Assembly (NCBI GenBank): GCA_035536955.1 | Contig: DATLNF010000019.1 | Location: forward strand, 1 to 50,208 | DNA from: Mycobacteriales bacterium | GTDB lineage: Bacteria > Actinomycetota > Actinomycetes > BP-191 | Direction: 5' to 3' | DNA length: 50,208 nucleotides | Part shown: piece after piece, positions 35,801 to 44,896 of the stretch | Layout of the letters: every line of letters starts with the position of its first letter | How positions within the stretch are numbered: the stretch's first letter is position 1 | Translations under genes and position numbers: made by a program | The notes under the pieces: generated by a model | Database searches by the model: none | Seen by the model: the letters and a program-made list of their open reading frames with translations, nothing else | Told to the model about the DNA's origin: nothing

Positions 35801-37707
35801 CGGTCGTCCGAGCCGATCTCGGTGACGCCGCGGAGGCGCAGGCCGAGGTCGTAGACCCATGCGACCGGCTCACCCGGGCGCTCGATCTCGTAGGGCCGCT
35901 CGTCGGTGACCTCGACGCCCATGTTCTGCAGCACCGGCATGATCTCCGACAGCGACAGCGGCGGGCCGACCCGGAAGATCTTGAAGCGGCGCTCGTCGGG
36001 CGGGCCGCCGGTCGGGCGGTAGAGCGTGACGTCGAGGTCGCCCTCGCTCCGCTCCAGCGCCTCGAGCCGCTGCAGGTCGACGACCCCGCGCTGTGCGGAG
36101 AAGTCCTCCTTGTACGCCTCGGGGAACGCGTCGCCGTACCGGCGCACCAGCTCCGGCGCCGCCGCCTCGCCGACGGCGTCGAGCAGCGCGTCCGACAGCT
36201 CGTCGTGCCACGACCGGGTGGCGGCGGCGAGTCGCCGCTCCAGGTCCTCGAGGTCGACGTCCTGCAGGTTGGTCGGGTCGGTGCGTACGACGATGTGCAG
36301 CCGTGCCAGGACCGACTCCGACACCGACGTCGTGTAGTCGACGCTGGTGCCCTGCACGGCGCGGGTGAGGATGTCCTGGATCTTCAGCCGCACCGCGGTC
36401 GTGTACCGCTCACGCGGCAGGAACACGAGGCACGAGACGAACCGCCCGTACGTGTCGTGCCGGACGAACAGCCGCACCTGCCGCCGCTCCTGCAGGTGCA
36501 GGATCCCGAGCGCGATCGAGTACAGGTCGTCCTCGGAGATCTGGAACAGCTCGTCACGCGGGTAGCGGTCGAGGATGTGCTCCAGGTCGCGCGCGTCGTG
36601 GCTGCCGGGCATGAAACCGGCCCGGGCGAGCACGGCGGCCGTCTTGCGCCGGATCACCGGGATCTCCGCAGGGCGGGCGCTGTACGCCGTCGAGGTGAAC
36701 AGGCCCAGGAACCGGCGCTCGCCGATCGCGGCACCCGACGCGTCGAACATCTTGACGCCGACGTAGTCGAGGTACGCCGGGCGGTGGACGGTGGCGCGCG
36801 AGTTTGCCTTCGTGAGGATCAGCGGGTTGGGGTCGAGAGCCCGGGCGCGGACGTCGTCGGAGAGCCCGGCGAACGACCGCGACAGCGGCGCCAGGCCGGC
36901 GTCGCGCAGCACCCCGAGACCCGTGCCGGGGACCGAGCACAGCGCCTGGTCGGCTGTGTCTCCCTCGAGCCGGTACTCGCGATAGCCCAGGAAGATGAAG
37001 CTGTCCTCGCGCATCCACTCGATCAGCGCGCGGGCCTCGCCGACCTGTGCCGCGTCCTGGCCCGGCGCCGGGGCCGAGAGCGACTCGGCCGCCTCCGCGG
37101 CCCGCGTGCGCATCTTCGGCCAGTCCTCGACGGCCGCGCGGACGTCCTCGAGCACCCGACGGAGATCGTTGCGCAGCCGGTCCGCGAACCCCGCGTCCGG
37201 CTGGCGGTCGATCTCGACGTGGATGAACGACTCATGCAGGACGTCGATCCCGTCCTCGTCGGACAGCGCGAGCAGGTTGCCGACCGCGTCACGCCGGACC
37301 CGCACCAGCGGATGCACGACGAGGTGGATGGCGAGGTTGTGCCGGGTCAGCTCCGCGGTGACCGAGTCGACGAGGAACGCCATGTCGTCGGTGACGACCT
37401 CGACGACGGTGTGCGGGCTGTCCCACCCGTCGGTTTCTGCGGCGGGGTTGAGGACGCGCACCAGGGCGGTGCCCTGCGTACGGCGCTCGGCCAGCTGCAG
37501 GTGGGACAGCGCCGCCCCGAACAGGTCCGCCGGCTCCCGCACGACGACGTCCTCGGGCGCGACGCGGGCGTAGTACTCGTGGACGAACCGCTCGACCGCC
37601 ACACCGCCGTTGGCGGCGGTCCGACCAGCGCCGTGAGCGAGAGCCGCGGCAGCAGCGACGACCTCGGCCTTCGCCGCGTCGCGCGCCTGGTCCTGCGGTC
37701 GGGCCAT
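32863..37707 (-). CDS. gdh: NAD-specific glutamate dehydrogenase, large (about 180 kDa) class
   Basis: 1614 aa uninterrupted. The central catalytic region (VPVGAKGGFV, GPDVPAPD-like segment AADKGTGAFSD, IGDMSGDVFGNGML) and the length are diagnostic of the L_180 GDH family. Confidence 0.95.
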   Translation of the reverse strand: MARPQDQARDAAKAEVVAAAAALAHGAGRTAANGGVAVERFVHEYYARVAPEDVVVREPADLFGAALSHLQLAERRTQGTALVRVLNPAAETDGWDSPHTVVEVVTDDMAFLVDSVTAELTRHNLAIHLVVHPLVRVRRDAVGNLLALSDEDGIDVLHESFIHVEIDRQPDAGFADRLRNDLRRVLEDVRAAVEDWPKMRTRAAEAAESLSAPAPGQDAAQVGEARALIEWMREDSFIFLGYREYRLEGDTADQALCSVPGTGLGVLRDAGLAPLSRSFAGLSDDVRARALDPNPLILTKANSRATVHRPAYLDYVGVKMFDASGAAIGERRFLGLFTSTAYSARPAEIPVIRRKTAAVLARAGFMPGSHDARDLEHILDRYPRDELFQISEDDLYSIALGILHLQERRQVRLFVRHDTYGRFVSCLVFLPRERYTTAVRLKIQDILTRAVQGTSVDYTTSVSESVLARLHIVVRTDPTNLQDVDLEDLERRLAAATRSWHDELSDALLDAVGEAAAPELVRRYGDAFPEAYKEDFSAQRGVVDLQRLEALERSEGDLDVTLYRPTGGPPDERRFKIFRVGPPLSLSEIMPVLQNMGVEVTDERPYEIERPGEPVAWVYDLGLRLRGVTEIGSDDREAFQDAFVAVWRGQAESHRFNALVLVARLGWRQVSVLRAYAKYLRQAGTAFSEMYIAETLARNVDVARWLVALFEARFDPDSPDPAGAERLKADIETALEAVASLDEDRILRSYLALVLATLRTNYFQVEPTGRPKGYLALKLDPERVPDLPLPRPKFEVFVYSPRVEAVHLRFGPVARGGIRWSDRREDFRTEILGLVKAQMVKNAVIVPVGAKGGFVVKRPLADRDAMTAEVVACYSDFMRGLLDVTDNLTEGNVVVPPPRVVRHDGTDAYLVVAADKGTGAFSDIANAIAIEYGFWLGDAFASGGSAGYDHKAMGITARGAWESVKRQFREMGVDVQADQFTVVGIGDMSGDVFGNGMLLSEQIRLVAAFDHRHVFLDPSPEPAASYAERRRLFELPRSSWDDYDRALISPGGGVFPRTAKSIPITPEVRGALGVDAVTMTPAELMRAILLAPVDLLFNGGIGTYVKAAGESHVDVGDKANDAIRVDGGQLRCKVAAEGGNLGFTQRGRIEYALAGGRVNTDAIDNSAGVDTSDHEVNIKILLGQAAAAGELTEKQRNALLEAMTDEVAAHVLRDNYEQNVALGNARAQAADMLPVYARYIAHLERAGDVDRALAVLPDDAELARRDAAGIGLTSPEFAVVLAHTKIALTADLIESDLPEDTYLARELEQYFPTALRERYRAQMAEHPLRREIIATAVVNGMVNHAGITFVYRMAEETASTVADITRAHTVAREVFAMPAFLADVEALDNVVPTAVQTSMLLEGRKLMERATRWLLHTRRSPLDIAATIAAFAPGVAEVTRQLGELAVGSQRDAMVVQEAGLQQSLVPAALAARVAGFASAYGALDIVDVAGRVGAPVPEVARVYFALDERLALHRLLRGVLALPRDDRWQTLARAALRDELYAAHAALATDVLATTGGGDPDKRIATWCEENSKSVERATALLNDVTASESYDLATLSVALRQIRGLAQATAAS

Positions 37708-37760
37708 CGTCCCCCCTTCGGCGCCGTTGCCGGTGGTGTCGCCAGCCTAGGGCGTGTCGG

Positions 37761-38723
37761 TCATGAAGGCGCGAACACCCGCGCGATGACGGCGTCGTCC
37801 ACGTTGCCCCCGGTGAGGACGCACACGGTGCGGTCACCAGCGGCGGCCAGCCCACCACGCAGCAGCGCGGCGATGCCGGCGGCCGCCGCCGGCTCAACGG
37901 CGAGCTTGGCCCGCTGGTAGACCAGCCGCGTCGCGGCGACGATCTCGTCGTCGGACACGACGACGACCTGCTCGACGAGTGCCTGCACGTGGGCGAGGGT
38001 GTGAATGCCCGCGAAAGGGGCTGTGAGGCCGTCGGCGACCGACATCGGACGCTCGACGGGCACGACGGCTGCGGCAGCCAGGGCCCGCGTCATCCCGTCC
38101 GCTCCCGCCGGCTCGACGCCGACCACCCGAGCGCCCGGATGGATCCCGCGTACGGCAGCGGCGACTCCGGCGATGAGCCCGCCACCGCCGACCGGCACGA
38201 CGACCACGTCGACGTCGGGGACGTCCTCCGCGATCTCGAGCCCGACCGTCCCCGCGCCGGCGATCACCCGCGGGTCGTCGAACGGATGCACCAGCACGAG
38301 GTCGCGCTCCTGCTGGATCGCGCGCATGGTGTCGAGGAGAGACTCGGCGGTGAGCACCACCTCGGCGCCGTACCGCCGGACCGCGGCGACCTTCGACGTC
38401 GCGGCGTGGGCCGGCATCACGACGACGGCGCTGGTGCCGACCGTTCGGGCCGCGTGCGCGAGCGCAGCCGCGTGGTTGCCCGCCGACATCGTGACGACGC
38501 CGCGAGCGAGCTCCTCCGGCGTGAGCTGCAGCACCGTGTTGACGACGCCGCGCGCCTTGAACGACCCCGTGCGCTGGAAGAGCTCGGCTTTCAGCGCCAG
38601 GCGCGTGCCGCACTCCTCGGCGAGTGACGTCGACGTCATCATCGGGGTGCGGTGGAGGTAGGGCGCGATGCGCTCGGCGGCGGCGCGCATCTCGTCGATC
38701 GACACCAGTGCCGGCTGCGTCAC
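37761..38723 (-). CDS. PLP-dependent threonine/serine dehydratase (threonine ammonia-lyase, short form)
   Basis: 320 aa with the PLP lysine motif GSFKARG and the glycine loop PVGGGGLIAG. There is no C-terminal ACT-like regulatory domain. Confidence 0.88.
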   Translation of the reverse strand: MTQPALVSIDEMRAAAERIAPYLHRTPMMTSTSLAEECGTRLALKAELFQRTGSFKARGVVNTVLQLTPEELARGVVTMSAGNHAAALAHAARTVGTSAVVVMPAHAATSKVAAVRRYGAEVVLTAESLLDTMRAIQQERDLVLVHPFDDPRVIAGAGTVGLEIAEDVPDVDVVVVPVGGGGLIAGVAAAVRGIHPGARVVGVEPAGADGMTRALAAAAVVPVERPMSVADGLTAPFAGIHTLAHVQALVEQVVVVSDDEIVAATRLVYQRAKLAVEPAAAAGIAALLRGGLAAAGDRTVCVLTGGNVDDAVIARVFAPS

Positions 38724-38749
38724 CTGGCGGAGTCTGCCAGCATCGGGCC

Positions 38750-39247
38750 ATGGGCGAGATCGACCTGGAGCGGATCGAGCGGGAGCGCGAGCGCATCCGC
38801 GCCACGTACCTCCGGCCGGCCGAGCACCGGCCGCCGTCGTCGACGCGCGGGGTGCACCACATCGCGCTGGTGTCGTCCGACGTCGAACGCACTGTCCGCT
38901 TCTACCAGGACGTCCTGGAGCTCCCGCTCACCGACATCTTCGAGAACCGTGACTACCCCGGCTCGAACCACTTCTTCTTCGACCTGGGGCACGGCAACCT
39001 GATCGCGTTCTTCGACTTCCCGGGCCTGGACGTGGGCCCCTACGCCGAGGTGCTCGGCGGGTTGCACCACCTGTCGATCAGCGTCGACCCGGACCGATGG
39101 ATGCGCCTCCGGGCGAACCTGGAGGCGGCCGGCGTGCCCTACCAGCTCGAGAGCGGCACCTCGGTGTACTTCCGCGACCCGGACGGCGCTCGGCTCGAGC
39201 TGCTCGCCGACCCGCTCGGCGAGATGTACGGCCACCGCGTGCTCTGA
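38750..39247 (+). CDS. VOC (glyoxalase/bleomycin resistance/dioxygenase) family protein
   Basis: I chose the ATG at 38750. It has GVHHIALVSSDVERTVRFYQDVL and a second beta-alpha-beta-beta-beta module (GGLHHLSISV ... YFRDPDGARLEL). Confidence 0.8.
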   Translation: MGEIDLERIERERERIRATYLRPAEHRPPSSTRGVHHIALVSSDVERTVRFYQDVLELPLTDIFENRDYPGSNHFFFDLGHGNLIAFFDFPGLDVGPYAEVLGGLHHLSISVDPDRWMRLRANLEAAGVPYQLESGTSVYFRDPDGARLELLADPLGEMYGHRVL

Positions 39248-39257
39248 CGCATGCGCG

Positions 39258-39788
39258 ATGCTGCACCCCATGGCGATCTACGCGCTCGACGACCTGGTGC
39301 CCGACATCCATCCGGACGCGTACGTCCACCCCGACGCGGTCGTCATCGGCCACGTGCGGCTGGGCGAGGGGGCGACGGTATGGCCGCGCGCGGTCTTGCG
39401 CGGGGACTACGGCGTCATCACGGTCGGTGCCGGCACGTCGATCCAGGACGGCACCGTCGTGCATGCGACGGCGCTCGACGCCACGACGATCGGCGCTGAC
39501 TGCGTCGTGGGGCACCTCGCGCACCTCGAGGGCTGCACTGTGGAGGACCGGGCGCTCATCGGGTCCGGCAGCATCGTGCTCGCCCGCGCGCTCGTGCGGA
39601 CGGGGGCCGTCGTAGGGGCGGCGGCGCTGGTCCCGGAGGGCACGGAGGTCGAGGCGGGCACGCTCGTGCTGGGCGTGCCGGCGCGGCCGCGCGGTCCGGC
39701 CGGTCAGGAGGACCGGATCGCGGCTGCCGCCGAGCTGTACCGCCGCAACGGCCGGCGCTACGCGACGGGTCTGCGGCGAGTGGACTGA
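39258..39788 (+). CDS. gamma-carbonic-anhydrase-like left-handed beta-helix protein
   Basis: Hexapeptide repeats with the His pattern (IHPDAYVHPDAVVIGHV...VWP.AVLRGD...IQDGTVVH). The start could be the second ATG at 39270. Confidence 0.85.
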   Translation: MLHPMAIYALDDLVPDIHPDAYVHPDAVVIGHVRLGEGATVWPRAVLRGDYGVITVGAGTSIQDGTVVHATALDATTIGADCVVGHLAHLEGCTVEDRALIGSGSIVLARALVRTGAVVGAAALVPEGTEVEAGTLVLGVPARPRGPAGQEDRIAAAAELYRRNGRRYATGLRRVD

Positions 39789-39831
39789 CGACGGGGTCAG
39801 CCGACGCCGACCAGCCGCTCAGCCGGCGCGC

Positions 39832-41034
39832 TCAGCCCGGGTGGCCAGGCACGACCCGCCCGGCGACCGACCCCAGCGCCACCCGCCCGCCCGCCGTGCG
39901 CGCGTGGCCGCTGATGACGACCAGGTCGCCGTCCTCGAGGAAGGTGCGCTCCCCGCTGGCGGTGTGGATGGGCTCCGTGCCGTTCCAGCTCAACTCGATG
40001 AGCGAGCCGCGCTCGTCGCGGGAGGGCCCGGACACGGTCCCCGACGCGAAGAGGTCGCCGGTCCGCAGCGACGCGCCGTTGGCGGTCAGGTGCGCCAGCT
40101 GCTGCTCGGCCGTCCAGTACATCGAGCCGAACGGCGGCCGCGAGAGCACCTCGCCGTTGAGGGCGAGCTCGAGCGCGACGTCGATTCCCCACCGCTCGCC
40201 GCCTCGCAGGTATGCGCTCGGCTCAGGATCCTGCGGCGGCGGCGGCACCCGAGCCGCGGCCAGCGCCTCGAGCGGCACGACCCACGGTGACACCGACGTC
40301 GCGAACGACTTGCCGAGGAAGGGCCCGAGCGGCACGTACTCGAACGCCTGGATGTCCCGCGCGCTCCAGTCGTTGACGAGGACGGCGCCGAACACGTGGT
40401 CGGCGAAAGCGTCGGCCGGCACGGGGACCCCGAGCGCGGACGGCACGCCGACGACGAAGCCGACCTCAACCTCCACGTCGAGCTTGCGCGACGGGCCGTA
40501 CGTCGGCGCGGTTTCGCCCGGGAGCACCCGCAGGCCGGCGGGTCGGGCGATGTCCGTACCCGAGACGACAACGGTGCCCGCACGGCCGTGGTAGCCGATG
40601 GGCAGGTGCCGCCAGTTCGGCGTGAGCGGCTCGCTGTCCGGCCGGAACATCCGCCCCAGGTTCGTCGCATGGTCCAGCGATGCGTAGAAGTCGACGTAGT
40701 CGGCGACCTCGAACGGCAGGTGCAGGGTGACCGAGTCGACTGCGTGCAGGTGATCGCGAAGGCCGTCGCCGCGAGCCGACGAGAGCAGGTCCTGGAGCCG
40801 GTTGCGGGTCGCGGTCCACGCCGACCGGCCCTGCGCCAGGAACTCGTTGAGGGAGTGCGTCGCGAAGCCCGGGTCGTCGAGCGCGCCTGCTACGTCGAGC
40901 ACGTGGGCGCCGAGCGCCACGCCGATCCGGCGTGCCGCGCGCTCGCCGGTCGACGCGGTCGAGAAGACGCCGTACGGCAGGTTGTCGATGCCGAAGCCGG
41001 ATTCGCCGACGATCTCGTCGAGCCAGTCGCTCAT
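39832..41034 (-). CDS. fahA: fumarylacetoacetase
   Basis: 400 aa. It has the N-terminal FAA_hydrolase_N signature (FGIDNLPYGVFS) and a C-terminal FAH domain (VNDWSARDIQAFEYVPLGPFLGKSF). Its ATG overlaps the upstream stop. Confidence 0.93.
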   Translation of the reverse strand: MSDWLDEIVGESGFGIDNLPYGVFSTASTGERAARRIGVALGAHVLDVAGALDDPGFATHSLNEFLAQGRSAWTATRNRLQDLLSSARGDGLRDHLHAVDSVTLHLPFEVADYVDFYASLDHATNLGRMFRPDSEPLTPNWRHLPIGYHGRAGTVVVSGTDIARPAGLRVLPGETAPTYGPSRKLDVEVEVGFVVGVPSALGVPVPADAFADHVFGAVLVNDWSARDIQAFEYVPLGPFLGKSFATSVSPWVVPLEALAAARVPPPPQDPEPSAYLRGGERWGIDVALELALNGEVLSRPPFGSMYWTAEQQLAHLTANGASLRTGDLFASGTVSGPSRDERGSLIELSWNGTEPIHTASGERTFLEDGDLVVISGHARTAGGRVALGSVAGRVVPGHPG

Positions 41035-41873
41035 CCGAGCAGACCCAGCGCCGAGGCCTCGGCGAGCGGCTCCGCTGTGCTGCAGGACCCGTAGCTCACC
41101 ATCGCCGCGCGAGTAGCCGCGACGGCGTCGTCGGGGATGCCCTTGGCTTCGGCAACGAGGGCCTGTGCGTCGGTGGACGCGATCGCCGCGAGCACGGCCT
41201 TCTCCGGCTCGCCGCCGATCGCGCGCGCGGTGCCGATCAGCAGGTTCAGGTAACCGTGATGGACGTAGCCGTCGCCCGCGTCAAGGCCCCGGACGGCGCG
41301 ATGCAGGCCCGCGGTGGCCTTGAACCGCACGCCGTGCTCGACGCAGCGCAGCACGAAGCTCGCGACCTCGTCCGCGGTGGGGAACGCCGCGGCGTCCGCT
41401 CCCCCGCAGCGGAGCTTCGCGCCGACCGCGCTGCCCGCGGCGCGGACCTGCGGCAGCACCGCGAGCCAGTCACCACGGCGCGCGGGTTCGACCCACCCGT
41501 CGACACCTTGCGGCAGCGCCCGCACCGCCGCGAGCCCCGCGGCCAGATCGTCGGCCGACCCGACGGCGACGTCGACGCTGCGTACGGCGGCGCGGCCGTC
41601 GGACGCCATCGCGGCGAGCACGCCGGGTATCCCGCCCGGACCCGTGTCTGCGATCACCCCGACCTCGATCGAGTGGCCGGTGCCGAGCTCGCGCAGCAGC
41701 TCGGCGACGCGCGACGCGGGGCAGAGGAACCGGTGCGTCAGCATGGGGCTGCCCGCAGCGCGGTCTGCGCGGTGTCGCGCGAGGGCGTCGCCCATCGCCA
41801 GCCGGGTCGGCGGGAACAGCCCCGCATCGTCGACGAGCGCGGTGAGCAGCGGCGGCACGGGTCCGGTGGTCAC
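41031..41873 (-). CDS. conserved hypothetical protein embedded in the homogentisate operon
   Basis: 280 aa from GTG 41873 (GTGA overlap with the hmgA stop). Its stop overlaps the fahA ATG. Codon bias is strong. No family recognised (motifs KLRCGG, FKATAGLHRAVR, HHGYLNLL). Confidence 0.7.
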   Translation of the reverse strand: MTTGPVPPLLTALVDDAGLFPPTRLAMGDALARHRADRAAGSPMLTHRFLCPASRVAELLRELGTGHSIEVGVIADTGPGGIPGVLAAMASDGRAAVRSVDVAVGSADDLAAGLAAVRALPQGVDGWVEPARRGDWLAVLPQVRAAGSAVGAKLRCGGADAAAFPTADEVASFVLRCVEHGVRFKATAGLHRAVRGLDAGDGYVHHGYLNLLIGTARAIGGEPEKAVLAAIASTDAQALVAEAKGIPDDAVAATRAAMVSYGSCSTAEPLAEASALGLLG

Positions 41874-43027
41874 CGGGCCCAGGTCCACGGGTAGGCCGGG
41901 TCCTCGATGTCGTACGCCGCCGGCGCGAGGTCCAGTGGCGCGAACGTGTCCACCATCACCGCGAGCTCGTCGGTCGCCTCCTTGCCCAGGGCCTTCTCGA
42001 CGCTCCCGGGCTGCGGACCGTGCACGAACCCGCTCGGGTGCACCGAGATGGAGCCCATGCCGATCCCGCTCCCGCTGCGGCTGGTGAAGTCGCCGCCGAC
42101 GTAGAACAGGACCTCGTCGCTGTCGACGTTCGCGTGGTTGTACGGCACCGGCACCGCGTCCGGGTGGTAGTCGAGCAGTCGCGGCACGAACGAGCAGACG
42201 ACGAAGCCGGGCCCGGCGAACGTCTGATGCACCGGCGGCGGCTGGTGCAGGCGACCGGTGATCGGCTCGAAGTCGTGGATCGAGAGCGCGTAGGGGTAGA
42301 GGCAGCCGTCCCACCCGACCACGTCGAAGGGGTGCGACGCGTAGGTGTAGCGGGTGAGCCGGCCGCGGCGGCGTACGACGACGTCGGTCTCGCCGCCGTC
42401 GACGAGCAGCGGTTCGGCCGGCCCGCGCAGGTCGCGCTCCGAGTACGGCGCGTGCTCCAGCAGCTGGCCGCGGTCCGACAGGTAGCGCGACGGCGGGCCG
42501 ACGTGGCCGCGCGCCTCGAGCACCAGCGCGCGCAGCGGAGCGCCCGCGTCGACGGTCCAGCGATGCGTCGTGCCGGTGGGGATGACGACGTAGTCGCCGG
42601 GGCCCACCGTCAGCCGGCCGAACACGCTCTCCAGCACGCCCGTGCCGGACTCGACGTAGACGACGAGGTCGCCGTCCGCGTCGCGGTAGAGCGGGCTGTC
42701 CTCGGTCGCGGCGACGTAGGAGATGCGCACCTGCGCGTTGCCCAGCAGGAGCGTCCGGCCCAGCGCGAGGTCGCCGCCGGACGAGACGTCATGGGTGCGC
42801 AGGTGCCGAGGCAGCAGCGTGTCCGGCGGAGCGAGCGGGCCGGCGTCCTCACCGGCGGGCTCGGCCCGGCAGATCCGCGTCGGGATCTCGCGGTGGTAGA
42901 GCAGCGAGCTGTCGGAGGAGAAGCCCTCCTCACCCATCAGCTCCTCGGCGTAGAGACGACCGTCAGGTCGGCGGAACTGCACATGCCGTTTGCGCGGCAC
43001 GTCTCCGACGCTGCGGTAGTAGGGCAT
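41870..43027 (-). CDS. hmgA: homogentisate 1,2-dioxygenase (short, about 385-aa form)
   Basis: The ATG at 43027 (MPYYRSVGDVPRKRH) shares one base with the upstream stop (TGATG). It has a cupin-like core with the His/Glu region (YNHANVDSDEVLFY...SVHPSGFVHGP). The family call is partly from gene context. Confidence 0.85.
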   Translation of the reverse strand: MPYYRSVGDVPRKRHVQFRRPDGRLYAEELMGEEGFSSDSSLLYHREIPTRICRAEPAGEDAGPLAPPDTLLPRHLRTHDVSSGGDLALGRTLLLGNAQVRISYVAATEDSPLYRDADGDLVVYVESGTGVLESVFGRLTVGPGDYVVIPTGTTHRWTVDAGAPLRALVLEARGHVGPPSRYLSDRGQLLEHAPYSERDLRGPAEPLLVDGGETDVVVRRRGRLTRYTYASHPFDVVGWDGCLYPYALSIHDFEPITGRLHQPPPVHQTFAGPGFVVCSFVPRLLDYHPDAVPVPYNHANVDSDEVLFYVGGDFTSRSGSGIGMGSISVHPSGFVHGPQPGSVEKALGKEATDELAVMVDTFAPLDLAPAAYDIEDPAYPWTWAR

Positions 43028-44097
43028 CAGCCGAGCGCCACGTCGCGGATCGCCGCGGCCGCGGCGAGGAGTGCGTCGTTCGACGCGGGGTCCGCGACGG
43101 TGATGCGCAGGCCGTCGCCGGCGAAGCAGCGCACCAGCACGTCGTGCGCGTCGAACGCCGCGCTCGCCGCCGCCGACCGCTCGCGCAGCGGCAGCCACAC
43201 GAAGTTCCCCTGTGCGTCCGGCACGGCGTATCCCAGCTCCCGAAGCGACGGGGCGACGCGCGCCCGCTCGGCCACGACCTGCTCGACGCGCTGGGTCAGC
43301 TCGTCGTGCGCGGCCAGCGAGGCGAGCGCGGCGGCCTGGGCGACCGAGGAGACCGAGAACGGCACCTGCACGCTGCGCAGCGCGGTCGCGACGGCGGGGT
43401 GCGACAGGCAGTAGCCGACCCGCAGGCCGGCGAGCCCGTACGCCTTCGAGAAGGTGCGCAGAACCGCGATGTTCGGCCGGTCGTCGAGGAAGATCCGCCC
43501 GTCGACCGCACCGGGCTCCCGGACGAACTCGGCGTACGCCTCGTCGAGCACGACGACGACGTCGTCGCGGACCGAGTCGAGGAAGCTCTTCACGTCACCG
43601 GCGGCGAGCGCGGGACCGGTCGGGTTGTTGGGCGTGCAGAGCAGGACGAGCCGGGTGCGCGGGCCGACCGCGGCCGCGATCGCCTCGAGGTCGAGCGCCT
43701 CGTCGACGAGCGGAACCTCGACCGACCTCGCCCCGGCGATCCCGGCGAAGAGCGGGTAGGACTCGAACGACCGCCACCCGTAGACGACCTCGTCGCCGGC
43801 GTCACACGTGGACTGGACGATCTGCTGCACGAGCGCGACCGAGCCGCAGCCGACCGCCACCTGCTCGTCGCGGACCCCGTGGTGCGCCGCGATCGCAGCG
43901 GTGAGCCGGACCGCCTGCGGGTCGGGGTAGCGGTTGCCCTCGCTGCCCGCGGCGGTGATCGCCGCCACCACGGAGGGAAGCGGCGGGTACGGCGTCTCGT
44001 TGCTCGCGAGCCGCGCCGCGACCTGGCCCTCGGCCGGTCGCCGACCCGGACGGTACGGCGTCATCGTGCGCAGCAGATCGCGCAGCCGTGGCTCCAT
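43027..44097 (-). CDS. class II (HisC-like) aminotransferase, probable aromatic amino acid/tyrosine aminotransferase
   Basis: 356 aa from ATG 44097. Has LASNETPYPP, NPNNPTG-like CTPNNPTG and the PLP lysine motif RTFSKAYGLAGLRVGY. Confidence 0.87.
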   Translation of the reverse strand: MEPRLRDLLRTMTPYRPGRRPAEGQVAARLASNETPYPPLPSVVAAITAAGSEGNRYPDPQAVRLTAAIAAHHGVRDEQVAVGCGSVALVQQIVQSTCDAGDEVVYGWRSFESYPLFAGIAGARSVEVPLVDEALDLEAIAAAVGPRTRLVLLCTPNNPTGPALAAGDVKSFLDSVRDDVVVVLDEAYAEFVREPGAVDGRIFLDDRPNIAVLRTFSKAYGLAGLRVGYCLSHPAVATALRSVQVPFSVSSVAQAAALASLAAHDELTQRVEQVVAERARVAPSLRELGYAVPDAQGNFVWLPLRERSAAASAAFDAHDVLVRCFAGDGLRITVADPASNDALLAAAAAIRDVALG

Positions 44098-44149
44098 CTG
44101 GGCATCCTCCCACCAAGCAGCAGGTGAGCCGAGGCAGAGGGAGCGGTTG

Positions 44150-44896
44150 ATGACCGGGACGGCGCTGGTGACAGGGGCGAGCAGCGGGATCGGTGCCGCC
44201 GTCGTACGCCGGCTGCGGCTCGATGGCTGGCAGGTCGTGGCGAGCGCGCGCCGTCGGGACCGCCTCGACGAGGTCGCCGGCGGCGATCCGGAGGTCCACG
44301 TCGCCGTCGCCGACGTGACCGACGATGCGTCGGTCGCCGTACTCGCGGCGGGTCTGGTGAGCTGCGATCTGCTGGTGTGCAACGCCGGCGGCGCGTTCGA
44401 CCTCGACGCGGTGGCGGAGGCGGACCTGGAGGCGTGGCGTCGTACGTACGACCTGAACGTCCTCGGCGTGGTCCGGGTGGTCCGCGCCGTCCTCCCCCTG
44501 CTGCGCCGCAGCCGCGCGCCGCAGATCGTCGTCACGGGCTCGACCGCCGGGCGCTGGACCTACCCCGGTGGGGGGAGCTATGTGGCGTCGAAGCACGCAG
44601 TCGCCGCGGTCCGGGACACGCTCAGGCTGGAGCTGGTCGAGGACGGCATCCGGGTGTGCGAGGTCGCGCCGGGGATGGTCGCGACCGAGGAGTTCTCCTT
44701 GGTCCGCTTCGACGGCGACACCGAGCGCGCGGCCGCGGTCTACGCGGGTGTGGATGCGCTCACGGCCGAGGACGTCGCGGACGTCGTCGCCTGGGTGGCG
44801 GCGCGACCGGCGCACGTCAACGTCGACCTGGTCCAGCTCACACCGCAGCAGCAGGCCGCAGCACATCGGGTGCACCGGCGTACCGAGAGCAGCTAG
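44150..44896 (+). CDS. SDR family oxidoreductase
   Basis: 248 aa with TGASSGIG, NAG and YVASK catalytic motifs. Confidence 0.9.
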   Translation: MTGTALVTGASSGIGAAVVRRLRLDGWQVVASARRRDRLDEVAGGDPEVHVAVADVTDDASVAVLAAGLVSCDLLVCNAGGAFDLDAVAEADLEAWRRTYDLNVLGVVRVVRAVLPLLRRSRAPQIVVTGSTAGRWTYPGGGSYVASKHAVAAVRDTLRLELVEDGIRVCEVAPGMVATEEFSLVRFDGDTERAAAVYAGVDALTAEDVADVVAWVAARPAHVNVDLVQLTPQQQAAAHRVHRRTESS

